From Amoebophrya sp. A120 (taxonomy: Eukaryota > Protista > Dinoflagellata): DNA of 64,000 nucleotides. Location of the stretch: the NCBI GenBank assembly GCA_905178155.1, contig CAJINV010000009.1, positions 1-64,000 of the forward strand. Direction: 5' to 3'. Under the pieces are notes generated by a model. That model had not been told where the DNA came from and did no database searches. It saw only the letters and a program-made list of their open reading frames with translations. Shown piece after piece: positions 56,578-64,000 of this stretch. Position 1 is the stretch's first letter. Each line of letters starts with the position of its first letter. Made by a program: the position numbers and the translations under genes.

Positions 56578-59500
56578 ATGGACTTCAGTCGCGGAGTAAC
56601 CGGCAGGTCTCGTTCTCCCGGGGGCCGATCGCCTGCTCGTAACGAAGAGAACGCGAATAAAAGCCGGGAATCCACCAGCATTAAGAAGAGAACGCTACGC
56701 CACAAACCCCTTTCGGAGCCAAAGCATCCGCCGTTGTCGAAAGCCGTCACGCCCCCCGTCCGAGCGACGCAAAGTACTAGCTACTGGACGGCAAATTTAA
56801 GATCGAGAGTGTCAGCGTTAAGGGCCTTTCAGGGAGCAGCAGCCTCTTCGCCTGTTGGAAATAACAGGCTTGGTTTGAAAAAGGAGGGAGATGCAGTTCC
56901 CGGTGCTGCGTCTACTGTCGGAGCTGCCGCGGGCAGCACGACTGCAGCGACGGGAGCTTTATTATCGCAGGGAGCGCTGTCCGGGCACTACGTGGACCTA
57001 GTTGCTGCAGCTCTGGCGGGTGAAGCCAGAAAGCCGCCCGTGCCTGAACCGAAAGTGGAAAGAGAGGATGTCGTCGCCCCCGTTGTAGTTCCGAGCATAG
57101 AAGACGCGGCGGCCGTGGACCGTCGTGTGTCGTCTACGTCGAGCATGAATGATGGAGAGGAGAACGTTACCAGCTCGTCGACTTCGTCCAGTGCTAGAAG
57201 TGGAAGAAATGACAATGGGGAAATCAAATCCACAACGTCGAGGATGCAGGAGAACAGCGACACTGAAAAAGAGAGATTTTCTCTAGACTTTTACGGGGGC
57301 GCGAATTCTGGGTTCTCGAAAGAGTTCGCCCGACAGATGAAGCTTTTCGGTTTGAGACTCGGGGAGGACGCCGACGTCGACCAGGACTCTTCATTATTAG
57401 CGAAAAATCCGTATGGCCGCGACAATAGCTTTGACGGCGGAAAAATTCTAGAACTTTTGAACACGCGAGGCACGGTTCTGGTCGAAGCCATCGCGGTATT
57501 CCGGAGCAGTAAACAAGCTGATAACTACGAGGACGACCAGGATTTTGACGAAGTCATTCTTTCGCAGTTGGAATCCGATTTGAGAACCGCTTTTGGAGAT
57601 GCGCTGGACAGGAGGAGCAGTAACAGCACGTCGAAAACTGTCAGGAGAAGAATTTCCCGTACTTTTCGGCGGTTCCCGAAATTGAACAACTTTGACCTTT
57701 CGACCGTCCGTGCTCTCGATTTCATCGACCGCAGTCTGAAAGAGCAGGTCGCGCTGGAACTCGCGGAGTTGCAGAACACGAATTCCGTCGAGAACAATTC
57801 AGAAAGATTTGTCAAGCTTGGCACGCCGGGAAGAGTGGCGGGTTTAGAGCATCAGACAGACGAAAAGCTGCAGAAAATTCTGCAATTGAGAAATTTGCAG
57901 CGCGCCTTGGCAGCGGCAGGCGAAGGTGGGGAGAGGAATACGAATGGTGCGAGCGCTGCACTTCGCGCTCCTAGTGAAATAAAGCGATCCATTCAGCAAA
58001 CGCCAAACAAGAAGATAGCGCATGGTGGCACCAGTCAGAAGCAGGGTTTGAGGGAAACAAACGTGCAGCAGGGAGCTACAACGGTGTCTACCAGTGCGAG
58101 GAAGAGGAACGCGTCACTTTCGCCATTCAAATCTCCCGCGAAAGCAGCTGCCGGAACTGACTCGACAACCAAAAATGTGCCCGACCAAGTGGAAAAAGTT
58201 CTACGTCGCGTTTTAAAAGAACACGAGGCGGAGCAGAACCAGAGACAGACCGAAAAAAGTCTCTTGAATGCACCAGCAGTTTATCAGGGAGAGCCAGGCT
58301 TGAATACGCGGCCTGAATCAGCCCGAGAAACCGCCTCTGCCCCTGTTCCTTTTCCCGACGACGTAGGAAAAGCGGCGGCAAATCGTGGTTCTGGCATTGA
58401 AGATGTCGTAGAAGACTCGCCTCAGACGAAGAACGAAAATAAACTACAGCAGGAAAAACCAGTATTGAACCTCTCCAAGTCGTCTACCGCGGGGGGCGGC
58501 GGATGGGGGCAGAATTGTCCTTTCAAATTTATCCCAGACTGCGGGTCTTGCCTAGATAGCTACCGTGGAAATGGGGACGAGGGAGAGGAAGACAAAAGGA
58601 AGCAGGAGCTTCTGGACAGCGGCTCAGAGCGGGGGCTGGAAGATGGTAGAAATAACAAGAATTCCGCTGCTAAAAACGGATTGGTGTGCTGCAGCTTCCT
58701 CGAGAACAGTGCGATGCTAAGCAATCGAGTGTTCTGTTCCTACGCGACTGGGGTGAAGAACGAGGTGGAGGTGGCTGCCGTGAGCGAGGACCAGGAGATT
58801 TCAAAGAAAGGCGAGGAAGGTGAAGGACCGGATAGCGAGAAGAAAATTGCTAGAGGAAGCAACAAGAACGGTTCTCGTGACGAGAAAGCCCTGGTTCTCT
58901 GCAGTTGGCTATCCCACAGAAAAAAGCTGGCAGGGCATATTTGTAATGCAAAAATAAATACACAGAAAAATCTGTCATGGGCGGCCTCATAGCATGCTAT
59001 TTAGGATATGCAATGCAAATTTTTTTGTCAATTTATTTTTGCATTACAAATATGCCCTGCCGGCTTTTTTCTGTGTGATATTGGCTCGAAAACTACAACC
59101 CCAAGACGCCGTATTCGAACATTTGCTTTTCCTTCGTCAACGGCGAGCAAGAGCAAGAAAAAAACGAAAACGACGAGAAATCCGAGGACAAAATTTTGTA
59201 CGCATCATCCAGCAGCTTTTTCTCGAACAAGAACCAGTCGAAAAACACCGACCTCAGTGAGACGAGCACGAAGAACTTGCTGTTGACCAAGAAAAGTCGT
59301 GGGGTGCAGTCGAACGGCACGCCGAGCGCGTTTACTTTTTTCAGAGAAAAGGAACAAGCTGAAACTGGTCCGCGGGACGATAGTATTCCATTAACGGCGC
59401 GGGGGGCTGAAGCGACTGCGTCCGGTGGGAAAATTTCCGCCGCTGGAGATACTACGCCTGTCGTGGCCGGTGCACTAGTGCGACCTGCGGCGGGTACTAG

Positions 59501-62500
59501 TACCGGAGTAGAAAATGTAGTCGCGCCAGTCTTGTCTTCGTTGGAAGCTAGTCAGCCTGTTGCGGTGCCCACCTCGATGGCTTGCCAGCCACGGGATATC
59601 ATGCTCAGTTCCGGTAAAAATTATGGAGCACCAACCGGCGCTTCCAATTCGTTTTTATCGAAGAAGACGATTCAGAACTACCCACTCCCGCCCGCAAATA
59701 CTGCCAATGTCAATGTGGAGACGGATACGGAACAGCAAACCAGCAATTTCGTCGTGACGATGCCTGGCGTACTGGTGAGAGAAAAAAAGCCCTACTCCGA
59801 ATTTATCACTCCACCAACCATATCTGACTTTTTCACCGCGATGCCACCGGTTGCGAAAGCCAGAGAATCCTCGATGGTCCTAACCACGCATGCAGATATG
59901 GTCTCGACGATAATTCCAGACGATGATTTCGAAGCCAGCAATCAGCAGAAACAACGTGCGGAAACGTATTTCGGCTTCCAGCCACAGCTGCGACCGACGG
60001 GGAGGTTCACGGGTTTTGACAACGTAAATTTTCGTGGTACAACTGCAGCGCAAACGTCTACTGGGTTGTTGAATTCTGACATCAGCACGTACAACCAGAC
60101 GAGGGCGACCGCGGCCCGGATGTCCGCCGCACAGTTCGCCAGTGATCGAGGCACGGGCACTTCTGAACGAATTTCCGGCGTGGTCAACACAACTGTGCTG
60201 GACAAAAGTGCAGCAAAACAGGAGGACCTGCAGCCGGTGAAGAAAATCAGCAAGAAAACGCTGTCGCCGCAGGGGCAGTCACAAGAATCGCTAGTCGTGC
60301 AGCGCGAGGAAACACTGCGGAAATCACAGACCGTAACGGCAGAGAAGCCAGGAGTTCAGGAATTCAGCACAGTGATGGAATTTGACATTGTCACCAACAA
60401 AGACACAGGGAAGCAAAGCCTGCAAGCCGCCACGAAGCCGTTGTTGCCACCAGCGGTGAGCGGCAGCGTTGTGAAGAATAAAGTGCAATGGACGCGAACG
60501 ACCCCCAGTCAGGCGGTCTTCCAGGGCAGCGGCGTGGATGTTGTTCTGGAGATGGAAGAGGGGAGAGTGGTACCGGAACGGGAGGAACAAAGAAGTAGCC
60601 AGAGACAACAAAGTAGTAACACGGTGGAGAATAAAGTGCAACAAGCAAATAACAACGCCGACAGCAGTAAGCCTGCTCCTCTGCTTTACTTGTTCGACCG
60701 GCAGTCGGAGCAAGTGTGGAGTGACAATGAGCACGGGGATGATTTTGTGGAAAACAACAAAAATGGGGACCTGCAAAAAATTTTTGAACCCTCGTCGTCT
60801 TCTTTGGTTTCAGTCGAGTCTGCTGCTACGGCAGAAGACGCAGCCCCAGAAGCTGATGTTGAAAGATTGCCATCGATGGAAGTGCAGGAAGGAAAAGAAA
60901 TAAATCGGCAGGAAACGAGCTCCCATGCGGCAGAATTAGGAGCGGGGGGCCACGTAGAAGTGGAGACAGTAGTCAGAGAAGAAGAAGCTCATCCTGTTCT
61001 ACATCATCATGTTCCGACCACAAATGTAACTGTTTATCGCAGTACTCTCACCTTGCCAACGCCACTGCTGAAAATGCCACAGCTTTGCGTCGGGATCGAC
61101 AGCTTGCTCTTTCCAGGGCTGCGGAAAAATGATGTTCCACCAGTATCCACCGCGGGGTTGTCAAATGAACCGAAACCAGTGGTCTCCTCATTTTCTGCAG
61201 GTTCCAATGTTGCATCAGCGCCGGAGGTTCTCCAGGCATCTGAACAAGGAAAAGACCATCAGCAGTTATCCCCAGAACCGTCGTCAAAAGGCACCGTGAG
61301 CCTGCAGCAGAGTTCGGTTGTCACCGAGGAGAACCACGAAGTTGAGAACGATATCCGGGACGAGCACTTTAACGCAGAAGCAACGGCGGTAGAGAATTTT
61401 GATTCAGGCGAGGGTCACGGAACGCTTAAAGCTGAACTCATCAAAAGCACACCTGAGTCCGAAGCTAATCACAAGTTTGACGAGCCTCAGCCTTTCCTTA
61501 TCAACACGGAGCAGGCCGCGGCAGAGATCCAAGCGGCGCTGGCGGCAGATGTTTTCCCGCTTCCAGTTCTAATGGCCTCGACAAGCTTTGTTGCATTATC
61601 TCCTGATGCGGCAGAGCTCGCGAAAGACTTGCGGTCAACATCTGCTCAAAATTTGTCCTCGGAGTTCTTTCAGGACGAGCAAGCAGATGGTCAACAGGAA
61701 GCGGCTCCGGCTCCTGCAATTACCGTGCGACGAGAGCAGGAAAAAGCTCAAGATGGAGGTGTAAAAACGACCGAAAATATAGATAGCCATCCTGTTGACA
61801 AAGAACCAAAAAGCGCCTTTCTTTTTTTTCCGGAATCTCCGGACGACGATCTTGCGGAAATCGAGCTTTTGGAGGTTGATAAGGCAGAAAATAAACCGAA
61901 AATAAGCAGGCCGAACTCGCATAAGTCCTACCATTCAGCGACTAGTGGCACGGTGATATTAGCCAAAGCGGACGACGCGGCGACGCTGCTTCTGCCGGAA
62001 GTCATCCACGATCGGCATTTTGAGTGCAACGACCGAGACAGTTTTCACCGAAACATGTTCCAGAACTTCTACCTGCACGCCGGCGAACAGGAGGCGCGGG
62101 ACCAGTTGCTGACCCTGTCGCAAACCGCCCCACGAAGTAAAGTTTTGGAGTCGATTCACTTCGAAAAGTTCTTTGAGTCCGCCAAATCCAGTCGGCAGAC
62201 CTCCCCGACGATTGTCCCGCGGAAGTTGACAACGAGTCTGCTCGCAAAACTGCCGGAGGAAAAGAAACGGGGCAAGCTGCCGGCGCGGTTTGTCGGACGC
62301 GGGCCAACGCCGTTGTTCGTGAACAACCACGAGAGAAGGCAGGATGATGAAGTTGAAAGTCAAAGCACTGTTAAGGTGGTCGACGAGGATATCAAGTCGA
62401 GTAGGCCCGCAAGCAGTTCGTCGAATAGGAGCAGTTCCGGGCAGGAGGGCAAGGATTTTAAGGACAAGGAGCAGGCCACCGGCCGTCAACAGGGAGAAAA

Positions 62501-63857
62501 ACAAGAAGACCAGAGCGGGGACGAGGAGTACAACGACGAGGAAGAAGAAAGTAGTGAATACACTTACACGGACGACTCGCTCTCCGACAAATCTGAATTG
62601 ACGAAGCAGTCGCAGAAGCAGCTCAGACGCGCTTTAGAGGCGGGAAAGCTGGACCACCTGGAGAAGCGGCAACTGGAGGCAATTCGGAGACTCGTGAAGT
62701 TTGGCAGCTTGAAGAAAAAGAAGAAACCGGAGGTTCTTGTGGAAGAAAAACAGGCAAGTAGCGGAGAAAAGCAGGGGGAAATCAAAGCGGATTCGAGGAG
62801 AAGAAAACAGGAGATCGACTTGCGCAGCAGCGAAGATCAGGCGTCTTCAAGTAGTGGAAATTCGTCAAGTCAAGTTCAAATCCGGCCAGGACAGAACAAA
62901 AATGAGAAGTCAGATCGGGTTCAACATCCGAAGGGGAACAAAGCACTACAACCTGTTCGCGGTGTGGCAACATCTTCAGAAGAAGAGGAGGAGGGAGAGA
63001 GCAGTTCTGGTAAAAATTCGTCCTCTAACGGAGTGGAAGAGGAAGAACCAAGCTCCTCTGGTACTAGCGGGCTTACGGAGGTGGACCACGACCAGCATTC
63101 CAGTAGCAGCGGCAACACAATGTTCGACAGTAGCGGTGCTGAACAAGCCAACCCGAGACGGAGCGAAGAGGAAAAAAGCTCGATGCTGTCATCTGTAGAA
63201 AGCGAGAGTAGTTCCTCGAAGAGCTCGGGGAGCGAGGCGGTGAGTAGCAGTGGTTTAGCAACTACATCTTCATCCGAAGAACAGTTTTCTGCCGGACAAA
63301 ATCAAACGATTGTAACTTCCTCGGAGGCCGCCTCGGGTTCGGAGGACCCGTATCAAACGTTAGAGAAAACTCTGGAAAAAGAAGACAAGCTCGCGGCTGA
63401 AGAGCGGACTCAGCGGGCGAGCAACACTAGAATGGACGGATCAAGTCAGAAGGAAAAGCGGAATCGCAGGAACGGCATTGCAAAAAAGTGGAAGGAACAA
63501 GCAAGGCTGAAAAAGCAAGAGCTCAAGGACGTCGAGCGGGCGAAATCTTCGGCGAGCGAGGAAGCAGGACAATCTGTGAAGCAGGGTGCAAAAAAATCGA
63601 CCGCTGAGGTCGTCCGCCGCAGGGTTACTTACAGGAATGAAAAGAGGAATGAGAAAGACCAGGCACCAGTTCCTTCTCCACGCCCCATCGACGAAGAAGA
63701 TCTGTTATTGACTGACTTGAATGAAGAAGAGGGAATGGAGGCAGGAGCTGCAGCTTCCAGTCCCGTTGGGTTGTTGGTGAAGAATCTGTTCTCATGGACC
63801 GCGGATGGAATTCGGAGTTTAGCTTCCAGTCCGGGCGGCGGGAAAGAAAAGGAATAA
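56578..63857 (+). CDS. Very large (about 2367 aa) low-complexity hypothetical protein with one introner
   Basis: ORFs 56578-58992 and 59196-63857 fuse in frame after removing 58910-59085: LCSW|LENYNPK...DKILYASS. Confidence 0.8.
58910..59080. mobile_element. Introner family F (171 bp, TIRs about 50 bp)
   Basis: tatcccacagaaaaaagctggcagggcatatttgtaatgcaaaaataaat pairs with its near-perfect reverse complement; TSD ttggc at 58905-58909 and 59081-59085. Confidence 0.93.
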
Positions 63858-64000
63858 GGTAAGTGTCACATGATTTCAGGCTCCTTTACTGGCGCGAAAG
63901 ACTGGCTAGCAGCAGTGGTACGGAATTAGAGCATAGAGAAAGAGAAAGTCGTTGAAAATATCATGCAAGTTGTTTCTTTCGGTTTTATACATCATCACAG

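Overview
Eukaryotic genomic DNA, inferred to be from a parasitic syndinian dinoflagellate such as Amoebophrya (alveolate-type genes all on the + strand, many non-GT-AG introns bounded by inverted repeats). The window opens with a 2558-bp GC-rich tandem repeat (1-5168). It then carries about 14 co-oriented genes: an MFS transporter, an alpha/beta hydrolase, two tandem ribonucleotide reductase small subunits, a pepsin-family aspartic protease, Rab28, a multidomain pentameric ligand-gated ion channel, a DUF1295 protein, a bubblegum-type acyl-CoA synthetase and several hypothetical proteins. The main signal is a set of about 15 MITE-like introners. Most have TAT...ATA termini, long terminal inverted repeats, a 5-bp target-site duplication and a shared internal TGTNATGC motif. 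They sit inside coding exons in either orientation, and removing the element plus one duplication copy restores the reading frame without GT-AG boundaries. One locus in the protease gene is a multi-level nest of insertions. All calls were made by eye from the sequence and ORF track; no database searches were run.
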